Below are positions 24,223-36,646 of a DNA stretch of 64,000 nt, one piece after another (within the stretch, counting starts at the first letter, position 1; each line of letters begins with the position of its first letter). The notes beneath the pieces were generated by a model. The model ran no database searches and was not told the DNA's origin. It worked only from the letters and a program-made list of their open reading frames with translations. Made by a program: the position numbers and the translations under genes. Source of the DNA: Podarcis bocagei (Eukaryota); NCBI GenBank assembly GCA_964188305.1, contig OZ076894.1; one strand, written 5' to 3'.

Positions 24223-25034
24223 CACTGGAAGTGTTTACCCAGCATGGAAACCGCCTCCAACCATTTCATAACTGGAAGTGGCAGTGAGCCTCTCTAGATC
24301 GATGTTACTGGTTTTGTGGGGGGGTTTTGGAGGTGCGTTCTATGATAGGCTATTGGCACAATAATAGTGGTGGACCTAAACTAGGCTATCCGCACATCAT
24401 TCCAATTCATTAGTTGTTCTGTGATGCTTCCCTAAAGTTAGTGCATTACTGCCATATGAAAAGTTGCAGGGTTTCAGCAGAGAGTTAGGGGACGTGCAGC
24501 AAGTGGAAGTGAAGCAGTGTGTGTCTACCCTGAAACTTAAGCAATATTGAAAGCAGGATCATTAGTTAAGGCTAAAACAACAAAACAATGCCCCCCTCCC
24601 ACAAACACATTTAAAAGGCCTTAGAATATTAATTGTCCAAAGGCCTGGTTGAAGAGAACATGCACCAATTAGAAGTGTGTTTCTGCCCTGAAAGCATCCT
24701 GCAATACTGAAAATCGAATCGTATATAACTGCCCCAATACCACCTTGAGCAAAGATTGCAATGAATTCTTAATAAAAAGGACACAAGGAAGAACTCTGTG
24801 TTGGGGACTGCTGTATGAGCCCAAAGCAATTGTTTGGGAGGGGGCTTCCCATGGTAACTGACTTTCCTTTCTAAATGCAGTTTTATTTTTTAGTTTTTTC
24901 CCCACAGTTTAAAACTACTGGTAGCCACAGTGCTGCTGCTGTGCCCTTGAAATTGTCAGCAGACTCAGTGGCTTTTAAACTAGAAAAAGAAAAGGAAGGA
25001 AGCCTTGCCTCCCCAAGCACAAATCAGTGTGTCA

Positions 25035-25795
25035 CAGTGGCGTAGCGTGGGTTGTCAGCACCCGGGGCAAGGCAAGTAATTTGCGCCCCCTAACCAGTGG
25101 ATTTGCGCCCCTAACCCTAACCCCCAGATGTTGCGGCCAGTGCGGCCGGTGCGGCCGGGGCCCCCTGCACCCCCCACGCTACGCCACTCTGCAGCAGTAG
25201 CTTCAAAACCCACCTTGCCAGTTCCCAAAGGGCACCATGCACAGCAAAATCCAATGCCTTTCGTTTTTCTCATTTATTTTTATTATTACTATGTATCTTT
25301 AAAAGATAAACATTCAGCGTAACAAAGAACTTAAACCGGAAGCCTTTCTTTAGCGCGCACACACACACCCTTAGGGGGATGATCCACCACTCATTTACTC
25401 GTGAGCAAGCCCGCCAAACTTGCTGACGAAACTGAAAGCCTCTTAACCCGCTGGCGAGAGGCTTAGCCGGGCCTCGCCCGCCCACCGGCTTCCTCTCGGA
25501 GGTTTTTGGGGAGCGCAGGGCCCGGTGGCGCATCGGGGTGTGGAGGCTGCCCGTGCCGGCCAGGCGTCGGTGGCGGCGTCGGCGCTGCTGCTGCGGCTGC
25601 TCCTCCTGCGAGCAGTGAGTGGAGCGCAGCCGCAGCAGCGGCGGGGCGCGCGCGCGCGCTAGGGCGCAAGGCTGGCGGTGGCTGCGGGGAGCCCGGCGGA
25701 GGAAGGAACTTGTCCCTTCCCTCTGGACTCGCACCCCCCCAGATGTTGCGCCCGGTGCGGCCGGCACCCTTGGCACCCCCCACGCTACGCCACTG
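25035..25795. mobile_element. Compound (Pack-type) hAT element: MITE + captured CpG-rich cargo + second right end
   Basis: Left TIR at 25035, damaged right TIR ending 25188, intact right TIR ending 25795; perfect outer TSD GTGTGTCA (25027-25034, 25796-25803). Confidence 0.82.
25440..25735. promoter_or_regulatory. CpG-island-like segment (cargo of the compound hAT)
   Basis: Very GC- and CpG-rich; GC boxes (CCCGCCC, GGCGGGGC), (GC)n run, GCN-repeat 5'-UTR-like sequence. Confidence 0.55.
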
Positions 25796-26286
25796 GTGTG
25801 TCAAACAGTCTGGGCTGCTTTTGCCCTAATTCTCGCTTTGCCTGAAATGCTTAGAATGAGGTGGCTGCATAAGTGAGGCTCCATTCATGTCTATATTTTC
25901 CTTATAATTTGCTTAGGATTCTTTCAATTGCAATTGACACATAAGTAGAGAGGTGAAAGTCCGACCCATAATCTCTTATTAATTCTTATTAATCGTTTGC
26001 ATCAGCAGGGCTTCTGTGTTGCAGCTGCAGGCACCAAAGACATACTTTCCTGAGCATGTAATAGTACCCTTTGGGTCTGCCTTTTCTCCTGCCTGCTGTC
26101 CTCCATCCCCCCCCCCACTTCTCAGATGATTCCTTGGAATGTTGGAACAGTGATGGTAACAGCCTCAGGGGGAGAGCTTTCAGCAGGAGCTGCCATTAGC
26201 CACAAGCGGAAGCCATAATTTTTTACATTAATGCATGGCTCATTTTGGACGGAAGTAGCAGGGAGACGCTAGCTAACCTGTAGCAG

Positions 26287-26643
26287 GGTAAAGGTAAAAA
26301 GGTAAAGGGACCCCTGACCATTAGGTCCAGTCGTGGCCGACTCTGGGGTTGTGATGCTCATCTCGCTCTATTGGCCAAGGGAGCCGGCGTACAGCTTCCG
26401 GGTCATGTGACCAGCATGACTGAGCCGCTTCTGGAGAACCAGAGCAGCGCACGGAAACGCCGTTTACCTTCCTGCTGGAGCAGTACCTGTTTATCTACTT
26501 GCACTTTGACGTGCTTCCAACCTACTAGGTTGGCAGGAGCAGGGACCGAGCAATGGGAGCTCACCCCGTCGCGGGGATTCGAATCGCAGACCTTCTGATC
26601 AACAAGTCCTAGGCTCTGTGGTTTAACCCACAGCGCCACCGTG
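26287..26643 (-). mobile_element. Sauria SINE
   Basis: Near-identical to the copies at 7979 and 11408. Confidence 0.92.
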
Positions 26644-27474
26644 CTTGCAGGTATTTCAGGCAAACTCTGAAGGAGGTGACTCAGAGGGGGTTCTCTTCCA
26701 GCCTAACTCATATGTTTGCTTTCTTTCCTGTTTTACAGCTTGTGTATATTGCACGATTCTAATAAAACCTCAAAGAAGGCCAGAAAAAGAATAAAACATT
26801 CAAATTATCAGCAAAGAAACAGTTAGAAAGAAGTATTCCAAATAAAAATAAAATGAAATCGTCAGTAAGCTAAAACCAGATTAAAACCTACGGCAACTTA
26901 GACTTGCCAAAAGGAAAAAAAAAATGTTTTTAGCAGGTACTGAAAAAGAGCACCTGTCTGATATCAATAGGCGGAGAGTTCTGAAGTGTGGCTGCTGCTG
27001 CAGTAAATGATTTATTTGTTGCAAGGGCTAATGGGTATTATGTGACACATGTAACAGTGCCAGTTCTGTAGATCGAAGTGGTCAAGTTTGCACATACCTC
27101 GGAAGTCGAAGGGAATTTGTTCAGGAAGTCTGCCTGACTTCCAAAACTTTTGGAAACCAAGGCATTCCGATTGGCTGCAGGAAGCTCTCCTTAACAAACT
27201 ACAGTTCCCAGGGTTATTGGGGGATGACAACCCATGGCTGTCTAAGTGCTATAAGAATGCTTTAGACGTGTAGTGTGAATGTTGCCAGAAGGTCTATGTC
27301 TGGCATTAGGCAATGAGGCCAAAATCAAAGGGCCAGAAGGGGACCCAAAGGAGTATTCACAATGGCTGACCTCAGAAATAGGTCGCAGCCTTGCTGTGCA
27401 AGGTAGAGAGGCTAATGCAGAACTAAGATAAGGTATGGAAAGTTTGTGGAATTATCTGAAGCAAAATACAAATA

Positions 27475-27700
27475 CAGTGGTACCTTGGGTTACAGACGCT
27501 TCAGGTTACAGACTCTGCTAACCCAGAAATAGTACCTCAGGTTAAGAACTTTGCTTTAGGATGAGAACAGAAATGGTGTGGTGGTGGCGCGGTGGCAGCT
27601 AGAATCTCCATTAGCTAAAGTGGCACCTTAGGTTAAGAACAGTTTCAGGCTAAGAACGGACCTCCGGGACGAATTAAGTTCTTAACCCGAGGTACCACTG
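27475..27700. mobile_element. Tigger/pogo-like MITE
   Basis: Family TIRs, TA flanks. Confidence 0.88.
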
Positions 27701-27781
27701 TACCAAGGGCTGTTTTTGGTGTGTTGGTGTCCTGCCTTGTTGCTATTTTGAGCATACTTCAGGATTTTGAACATACTTCAG

Positions 27782-28031
27782 GAGAGCCAGTGTGGTGTAG
27801 TGGTTAAGAGCGGTAGACTTGTAATCTGGTGAACCGGGTTCGATTCCCTGCTCCTCCACATGCAGCTGCTGGGTGACCTTGGGCTAGTCACACTTCTTTG
27901 AAGTCTCTCAGCCCCACTCACCTCACAGAGTGTTTGTTGTGGGGGAGGAAGGGAAAGGAGAATGTTAGCTGCTTTGAGACTCTTTTGGGTAGTGATAAAG
28001 CGGGATATCAAATCCAAACTCCTCTTCTTCT
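27782..28031 (+). mobile_element. tRNA-derived SINE (Squam3-type)
   Basis: GAGAGCCAGTGTGGTGTAGTGGTTAAG A-box, GGTTCGATTCC B-box, (CTT)n tail. Confidence 0.87.
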
Positions 28032-28666
28032 AATTGTTTGAATAAGGCTTTGAGAGATAGAGAGAGAAAGGCTGCAATATTGTTATTCTGAAAAAAAGAG
28101 AAATATTTTTTTCTTGTAATGTCCTATTTCCTGCATTGTAATAGTGCTGCAACATTATAAGGGGTCATTTGGATCCTGCCTCGTTCTCCTGCTACATTGA
28201 ATGGGATGAATGTTTGAGCAGGAAACTTCAGAAACTCGCTGGTTCTCAATGCCTTAACTCCTCTTCTGTAGCAGAGTAAGCAGAGTCTGCCTTAGAGTGG
28301 GATTCTGACTAGCTACATGCCCTGTTAACCAAACTTCTCTTTCTCAAAGAAAACAGAGCAGTGCAGGCTTTCTTTGATTTCACAGAAGCTGCCAACGTTC
28401 GCCAGGAAAAGCTGACTCTGCATTTTAACACTTCCAGCAGTACTTCTGCGTTTTATACTTACTTCAGGCTTTGCATTTGCCGTGCTGCTGCAACAGTTAC
28501 CCGAAAAAGAAGGGAAGGAAGAAGCAATCTTGCTAGCCTGGCAAGGGCCATTCTCATGGCTGCTGGTTCCTCAGAATGGCCCTAAAGCAAATATAATTGT
28601 TTGCCATGGCTTTGGAAGATATATGGCTGCTGAAAATACACATGAACATATAAAGATGTCCTAGGG

Positions 28667-28804
28667 CAGTGGTTCTCAACCTGTGGGTCCCCAGATGTTG
28701 TTGGACTACAACTCCCATCATCCCTGAGCTCTAGCCTTGCTAGATAGGGGTGATGGGAGTTGTAGTTCAACAACATCTGGGGACCCACAGGTTGAGAAAG
28801 GCTG
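28667..28804. mobile_element. Charlie-like hAT palindromic MITE
   Basis: Fold-back structure TTCTCAACCTGTGGGTCCCCAGATGTTGTT and its reverse complement; TSD-like TCCTAGGG/CTCTAGGG. Confidence 0.85.
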
Positions 28805-28859
28805 CTCTAGGGTGTCTCATACTATTGTTACATCTAGCTCAGCATTGTATACAGGGATA

Positions 28860-29240
28860 TGGATGCGGGTGGCGTGGTGGTCTAAACCACCGAGCCTTTT
28901 GGGCTTGCAGATCAGAAGGTTGGCGGTTTGAATGCCTGTGATGGGGTGAGCTCCCATTGCTCTATCCCAGCTCCTGCCAACCTAGCAGTTCGAAAGCATA
29001 CCAGTGCAGTTAGATAAATAGGTACCGCTGTGGTGGGAAGGTAACCAGCGTTTCCGTGAGTTCTGGTTTCCATCACAGTGTTCCATTGTGCCAGAAGCAG
29101 TTTAGTCATGCTGGCCACATGGCCCGGAAAGCTGTCTGTGGACAAACGCCGGCTCCATTGGCCTGAAAGAGGAGATGAGCACCGCAACCCCATAGTTGCC
29201 TTTGACTGGACCCATCCAGGGGTCCTTTACCTTTACTTTT
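28860..29240 (+). mobile_element. Sauria SINE (divergent subfamily)
   Basis: GGATGCGGGTGGCGTGGTGGTCTAAACCAC head; GGGGTCCTTTACCTTTAC tail. Confidence 0.85.
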
Positions 29241-30218
29241 TGTATGCAGGAGTAAGAAATTGAGTGGAGGGCATTCAGATAAGTGAACAACCACACCCAT
29301 GCTTGATTTCTGGCCTCAGAATCCACTCACTTTGCAACCCCATGGCACCTGTTGAAACTACCACTTGTCAAGTGTCAATGTTTGCTCGGAAGATGTAATG
29401 ACAGGGGCAGGGTTTTTGGTGGTGGTGGGGAGGGTAATAAGCCTTCTGATTCCCTATCCTTAAATATTTGGTCTGACCACCAGCAGCTTTCCAGAGTCTC
29501 AAAGTTTTGCAGACTTATATGCCTGTCTCTCACCCTATGTGTTTACATTGCTTAGTGGGATCCAAACTGCAAAAGAAAGGCCATCACATCCCATTCCACT
29601 GACCATCCTTTGTAGGAGAAGTTACCTTACATTTGGAAAATTAGGCACTTAAGAGCTGGTTCACACATGCACATATATATCACTCAATTTCTCCTTGCAT
29701 TGACAAGCCCTGAAGACTTATATTCTGCAGTGCCTCATGAGCAATGTGATGCAAATTCTAATGTGCACCATTACGATATGTTTTAATGGTTCAACACTGT
29801 TCCAACTCTGAATGCAGACTTATTATTTTGCTGTTTTATACCTGGCAGATGAATGTAAGAACTGGCTCCATTGAAAAGCCTTTCCTTTGAGGCAGGCCTG
29901 AGGAACGTCCAGCCCAAGGGACTAATTCAGCCTGGCTCAGGTCCCAGTTTGGCCTGCAAGGCTCTTTCCTCCGAACAATGTCATAAGCAACATCTGGTGT
30001 CAGGCAGTTAAAGGTGTGGTGGGTAGTTAGAGGTGTAGGGGTTCAGGGTCACTGGGGGGGGGGTCAAAGACCCATTACCATTTCTCCAGCAAGGGTCACT
30101 GTTGACAGCTTCTGTTGACAGCCTCCTACAGCCTCCCAATCAGCATGAGAGCTATTTAGCTGTTAGAGCTAATCGGAATGAAAAGAGGTGAGTCAGTCAC
30201 TGAGGATTGGCATCTAGG

Positions 30219-30894
30219 TGTTGGGAGATCCTACACACAAGTAGAAATCTGGCAGAGACACATGCCCGACCGGCATGTTCTCTCCCTTCTGGTCAGTTGG
30301 GAGATTCAAAAGCTTTCTCCAGCCCGAACATCACAGCGACTGATACCAAGAGGCATCAGCACACTTCAGGATCAGCAGAGTATAGGCAGTCAGCGTTCAG
30401 ACTCAGTAGCGCAGCCTTTGGCTAAACTGCGTTTATTTACATATACAGTGGTACCTCGGGTTACATACGCTCCAGGTTACATACGCTTCAGGTTACAGAC
30501 TCCGCTAACCCAGAAATATTACCTCGGGTTAAGAACTTTGCTTCAGGAGGAGAACAGAAATGGTGCTCTGACGGCGCGGCGGCAGCAGGAGGCCCCATTA
30601 GCTAAAGTGGTGCTTCAGGTTAAGAACAGTTTCAGGTTAAGAACGGACCTCAGGAATGAATTAAGTACTTAACCTGAGGTACCACTGTACACACTCGGAG
30701 CATTGTAACTCAGCTCCTTCCTCTTTAGCATCAGACAGCAAAGAGAAAAAACAAAGGGACAAATGTCCTACATCACAGAAACACAGTAATAAAACATCCT
30801 GTCTCCGTCACTTCCCACAATGTGGAATGAAAACATACACCATCATGTGATGAAAACAATCCCATGACTGCAACATGGGGAATGAATCCTAACA
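30219..30894 (-). mobile_element. Solo LTR containing a MITE insertion
   Basis: TGTTGGGA...TCCTAACA termini, 5-bp TSD CTAGG (30214-30218, 30895-30899), minus-strand AATAAA near 30432. Confidence 0.8.
30446..30687. mobile_element. Tigger/pogo-like MITE nested in the solo LTR
   Basis: Family TIRs, TA flanks. Confidence 0.9.
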
Positions 30895-32896
30895 CTAGGG
30901 TCACTCTAGAGAAGGCATGTAGGAAGAACACTGAGCATTTAGTAACACTGAAAACAGCAGTTTCTTCAGTTACAAGAGAATGGTGGGCAAGTTCTGTTAT
31001 GTATAATGGAACTTAAAAAATAAATAACTTACAACTTAAATTACTCTGAAAAGTGATATTGGAGCACTCCAAATAATTTGCCCATGCACAGAAAATAGAT
31101 CTAGCTGAAGGAAAACGCATGGAGATCTGCATTGTTTGTTGCAATGTATCCCCAATGATTCTTACTGATTCTTATTATAAGTTTATTGTATAATATTAGA
31201 AGGTTCTATCATCTTAGATGGGTATGTGGTTGTGAGGGGGCGGGACTGTGACTGTCCTGAAGGGACACTGCTGCTGTCAGTGCACAATTGGGAGCCTTGA
31301 AGTGCCCTCCTGATTATTCATTGGCAAGAGAGGATTTGCTGTCAGCGCATATCAGCTGATAGGCAGTGACATCTAGTGTGTTGACTTCCCATGGGGATCT
31401 CTGTTGCTGATCCGTGCTCTTTATAGCATAGCTTGCTGCACTATGAAAGAGAAATTGGTCACCAGATGTCATGATAATATCAGGTCATGCGGCCTGCTGG
31501 GGTGGGGGTGGGGGTGGGGATCCAGGATTTGGCCTTCCGGCCTCATCCCGTTTCTCCACTCCTGATTTGAGGTGAAAGAAAGGTATCCCAAGATCTATCA
31601 TGGTCTGTTCACAAATACATGCAAATCCTTGATGCTGTAGTCTTCTAGCGATGAGCATGTGTGTACTAGCCCCAATACATTTGATTAATTCATTTAATTA
31701 TAATGGTGGTGACTCCAGCCTCTGAAAATAAAATTTCACCAAAATAAAACAGGAAAATAATAAGTCTGCATTCAGAGTTGAAACCGTGTTGAACAATGAA
31801 AACATATCATAATGGTGCACATAAGAATTTGCATCACATTTTTCATGAGGCACTGCAGAATATAAGTCTTCAGGGCTTGTCAAAAGACAGGAAGAGACGT
31901 GGCTTTGCTGAAGTTATACTACAGCTGCGGAGCCACCACTGAGAAGTCTTGTCAACATTGCCTGCAAAACTGGTCTTTGCTGATTGACAGGCCAGAAGAT
32001 GACAACCTTTGGGTTCAGGTAGATGCATATCCTTCAGAAAACCTGGCCCTAGGTCATATGGGACTTTAGAGTAAGTGTGAGGAACCTTTGGTCCTCTTAA
32101 TATTGCTAAACTACAGCTCCCATCAACCTGGCAAGCATGGTGAATGGCAAGGGATGATGGGAGTTGAAGTTCAGCAACATTGGGGGTGGGGCAGAGGTTC
32201 TTTAAACCTGTTTTAGAGGTTAACACCAGCACTTCAAGTTGAGCAGCCATCACACAGGTACCACAATGGGAATTAATTTCAGTTATTAGTGTCACTCTTG
32301 AAAACTAAAGGCACCACAGAACTGCCAGATTAAATTAAATTTATTGAGGTTCCCACCCCAATAATGTCAGATCATGGAAAGAGAAAATAGTGTACAGATG
32401 AATAATGTTCATAATTACCTGCTGGTGTCTGGCGTGGTTATATGTACATATAATTTGAGAAATAGGCTGTTCCTTATCTTGAAGGCACAATAAGATTCTG
32501 TAGACATTTTCTGTTGACATCAATGGAAACATAAGCAGGCCCCAGGCTCTGTTATTATAAAAACTTGTAATTAACCAGTAACATTTAAAAAACAAATGGA
32601 GATGAGGGTGATTTCCTTTGGATAACCTTCAAATCCGCAATGCATTCATAAATATAAAAATCATTCTGCAGACTTGATTCTCATTGAAACAGCTGATGAC
32701 ATTTTGTAGACTGCCAGAGGTTGTTGGGCCTTCCAAATAAGACTTTAGGATGCCTTTGTTGGAAATGACGCCAATCTATAATGAAACAAGTAAGCAGGCA
32801 AGACAGGACACGGTCTGGAAACAATGTTCTCTACTTGCTTTTAGAAAAAGGCAACAATGACAATGAACTCACCTGATTCTACAGCTGCTTTAGCAC

Positions 32897-33382
32897 TTGT
32901 TGTTTAGTCGTGTCCGACTCCATGGACCAGAGCACGCCAGGCACTTCTGTCTTCCACTGCCTCCTGCAGTTTGGTCAAACTCACGCTGGTAGCTTCGAGA
33001 ACACTATCCAACCATCTCATCCTCTGTCGTCCCCTTCTTCTTGTGCCCTCCATCTTTCCCAACATCAGGGTCTTTTCCAGGGAGTCTTCTCTTCTCATGA
33101 GGTGGCCAAAGTATTGGAGCCTCAGCTTCAGGATCTGTCCTTCCAGGGAGCACTCAGGGCTGATTTCCTTCAGAATGGATAGGTTTGATCTTCTTGTAGT
33201 CCACGGGACTCTCAAGAGTCTCCTCCAGCACCATAATTCAAAAGCATCCATTCTTCGGCGATCAGCCTTCTTTATGGTCCAGCTCTCACTTCCATACATC
33301 ACTACTGGGAAAACCATAGCTTTTACTATATGGACCTTTGTTGGCAAGGTGATGTCTCTACTTTTTAAGATGCTGTCTAGGT
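32897..33382 (-). mobile_element. BovB LINE 3' fragment
   Basis: ORF 32904-33347 encodes the BovB C-terminus (...QYFGHLMRREDSLEKTLMLGKMEGTRRRGRQRMRWLD...). Confidence 0.95.
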
Positions 33383-34445
33383 CATATGAAAGGGCAAATA
33401 GTTCACATGCTGCAGGGTGCCCAGCCCTGTTTCACTCATTTACTAAATTTCTTACACTTACACTGTTCTCTTCCTCTAGCCTGGATTTCCCAATTCATCT
33501 CTCCTTCCTGTAAACTTCAGTAGGCTGAGTTTTAGCCCTCGAGCTGTGCCACATGTCTTCAGAGTGATCTTACATTTTGGATTCTGATTTGCTCTGTGAG
33601 TTATTCAGGATGGCATGCCACACTTATGTACTTCTCATACACTATTTATGCATGTAAGAACTCCTTGCAGTGAACATCAACTTTAATCGAATTCATTAAG
33701 AGCTATCCCAGGACGCTCTGCTCTGAATTCTAAAGAGGACTTAATCGTTCTCTCTCTGGCTGGTAATGATACTCAGTGAAAATGAAGTATTATCAGAAAA
33801 TCAGGTAACTGCCTTAACTGGTCATCCACTACCTTTAGGAAGGATACCATTCAGTTCATGTTAGAAAAGATGAAAAGTCCACCACCTGATGCTTGTAATA
33901 TTGTCATGACAGGGAAATTGCTTCACTTAGCACATAAACCTGGTAACCAGGTGTTGTCTCTGCACACAACAATTTGTCTATATAATCAATGCTTAATTAT
34001 TTGAAAAAAAGTGGCAGTGGAGGTTCTCACCTTCTTGAAGTCACCTCCTGATATCATCCTACTTTCATGCCTAAAACATGGTCTGGCCGTTGGGAACACA
34101 CCTTATATGTGGGTTTCACATTTTGGTTTGGAAGTAAACCATGGTTTGCAAGAACTATTGCTTGTACAGATATCATAGCGAACTATGTTTAGCACCTATC
34201 ATTAATGCTGTTAGACCATGTGAAGGGAGAGGAAAGGGCTGGGATGCACACCTAAAGCATCTTCCCAGTGGTCAAGCCATGGTTGAGTTACGATCTCTGA
34301 ACTGAGCCATACCACAGAAACCCTCCTCCCTAATCTCTGTTGTGTAGACCATTTGTGGTCACACCTTGGTGAGGGAAATGTACTTTGGACATGGCCCAGG
34401 ATACTTTCTTACATCCTAGGGCTGTGCCAGATGGCTGGGTATGTA

Positions 34446-34499
34446 TTAAATTAAATTAAATTAAATTAAATTAAATTAAATTATTATTATTATTATTAA
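34446..34499. repeat. (TAAAT)n/(TTA)n simple repeat
   Basis: Direct tandem repeat. Confidence 0.9.
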
Positions 34500-34906
34500 A
34501 ACAGGTTAGGTGGCAGAACAGTGAGGAGAGCTGGCATGAATTAAGCCTTGCACAGAGTAAGATGATTGGTAAAGCACCTTTTAAATACAAACATTTATTA
34601 AATAAGTTCAATACTGCTGATACATATAGCAATGTGTGTGTTGGACTAGGACTGGGGAGACCTGGGTTCCAATGAAACTCATTAGGTGGCTGATTGAAAA
34701 GCTCGCTAAAATGCCTCAAATAAATAAAATTGCCCCCTGAAATTTATTTGTGAGAGCAGTTTAATGGAGCCTGGTCTTTACAACAGTGTATTCTTTAGCT
34801 TGCAGTCAGCCAAAGCTTCAGAATCATAGGGGATTGCTTGATAGAAGTGAACTGCTGTGATGCCACAGAAACCCTCATAGCCTACTGAGTGTCTGCTCAG
34901 ATTTCC

Positions 34907-35233
34907 TGAAATATACTCGGAGTCCTGTAGTGATTTCCTGCTCTTTATTGCAGCTTGTAAAACAGTGAATTAATTGCCCCCCAAATCTCAGGCTTTTATA
35001 TACATTATTTACACAATGAGTCCTGTTTGATTGGCTGATTCTGCTTCCCTCCTGAAGCCTGATTGGTCTTCTCGTGCAGGCCAATCAGTTGTTGCAGTCT
35101 ACGATCCTGCCAGCCTAATAGGCTGATTAACTTCCACCTGGTGCCTGATTGGTCTTTTCTGCAAGCCAATCAGTTGTTGCATTCTAGGATCCTACTTGCC
35201 TATTGTTCTAGGATCCAAGCTTAGTACATAACA
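34907..35233 (-). mobile_element. Solo LTR with promoter motifs in LTR order
   Basis: Minus strand begins TGTTATGTACT and ends AGTATATTTCA; TSD TTTCC (34902-34906, 35234-35238); CCAAT boxes, then TATATAAAA, then AATAAA. Confidence 0.75.
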
Positions 35234-36646
35234 TTTCCTTTGGTGCTCACTTGGTGGGAGATAAAATGGGGCCAGGGGAGAAGACTGAGAGGACAGGAGG
35301 GATACCAATATGTACAGTTCCATGTAGGACAGGTGTGGGGAACCTTTGGCCCTCCAGATGCTGCTGAACCACAACTCCCATCAGCCCCAGAAAGTGTGGC
35401 CAAGGAAGATGGGGCAACAACATCTGGAGATTCAAGGGTTACCCACACCTGCTGCAAGGACAACTGAGATTCCAGTCTGATCTGTCAGCTGATGAGGTAA
35501 ATTACCCTGCCTGAAAGACCAGCTGCTAGACAGGGGAAGATTTAGGAAGCTGACTGCTATAATGCCAAAGGTTTGAGGCTGTGTTCTCTGGGACTTTCTT
35601 GGAAAACATCCAGGAGTGAGTTTGCTGGCAATGGAGGGGGAGGGGGCACGCTCCAACAGCCTGTGGCAAAATCACCCCTCGTAACTTGAAAGACTCACAC
35701 CTGTCTTGCATCGTGTTGTGAAGCGAGCGGAATATTCTTTGGCGATCTTTTAATATAATTAAGTTTCCCGAGTAAAATTACTTTGTATATCTTTATGGCC
35801 CCATAACTCTTCAAGTTCAGGTAATAAATAAGCCGCGATGTCTCATAAAAAACAAAAACCCATTGTTAAATACGCGGCCTTTATTATTAAAAGACTTCAA
35901 GAGACTTTCCAGTGACTGATTGTGGCTCTGAATTTTGGCCTTAAAATTATTACCTTTGGCAGATGATAATTAAAACACTCACATCCATCCAGGTGACAAC
36001 TAGTGCCGACATTCCTTCGGCAACGTGACGAAGAGAAGGAATGACAATGTTCTGGATCTTTCTGGAAGCAGCAGGCCAGAAAGGACCCACTCAGCTTCCC
36101 CTCACACAGCCATTTTTGATGAGTCCTCCATGAGATCTTTAACATGATTCTCATGTAATCTTTTTATTTGTGGGGTTGAAACTTGGCAAAGCAATGACTC
36201 CCCTTTCCATTGTATTACCTGTTTATGAGAGCGCTCTTACAAGGATTTGTTTGCTTGTGGGTTTGAGTCTCCATTAAGTTGCTTTTTGAAATTTATTTAC
36301 AACCCCTAATAAACCTTACAACCACCCCACTTCTTTGAAGGAGAGAAACCACTTGTCTATAAGTCCTGAAACACCTTGGTATGCATATATGTCAAATTGC
36401 TACCATTAGAATACCACTTATGGGGTTTATAACCTGAATCCCCAGGAAATCTAATTGCCTTTTGTGGACAGAGAACCAAAATGCTTCTATATTTTATTTC
36501 TGCCCTGAACTCTTCATGACCAGACTGACTCTGGTTCGCAACCTCTGTCCAACAGCCATTTTGACCGATGTATACTGCCTGACATGAAGAATGAGGAGGA
36601 TATAGAAACCGTGTTTCTGGATGTGCCCTGTGGCTGAAAACAGTTA

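Larger units (their letters stand above)
29700..31883. repeat. 140-bp inverted repeat pair (29700-29839 / 31744-31883)
   Basis: Arms are reverse complements, about 10 differences by hand alignment, outer 41 bp identical. Confidence 0.9.

Noticed and set aside
25270-25829. Ala/Gly/Pro-rich ORFs and a signal-peptide-like ASALLLRLLLLRA on the plus strand
   Set aside because: Expected from GC-rich DNA; I found no in-frame ATG just upstream in the leucine-rich frame and it stops soon after, so it is not called as CDS.
27782-27850. tRNA-like sequences (also at 7645, 10981, 18110, 43820)
   Set aside because: They are SINE heads running into SINE bodies, without an intact cloverleaf.
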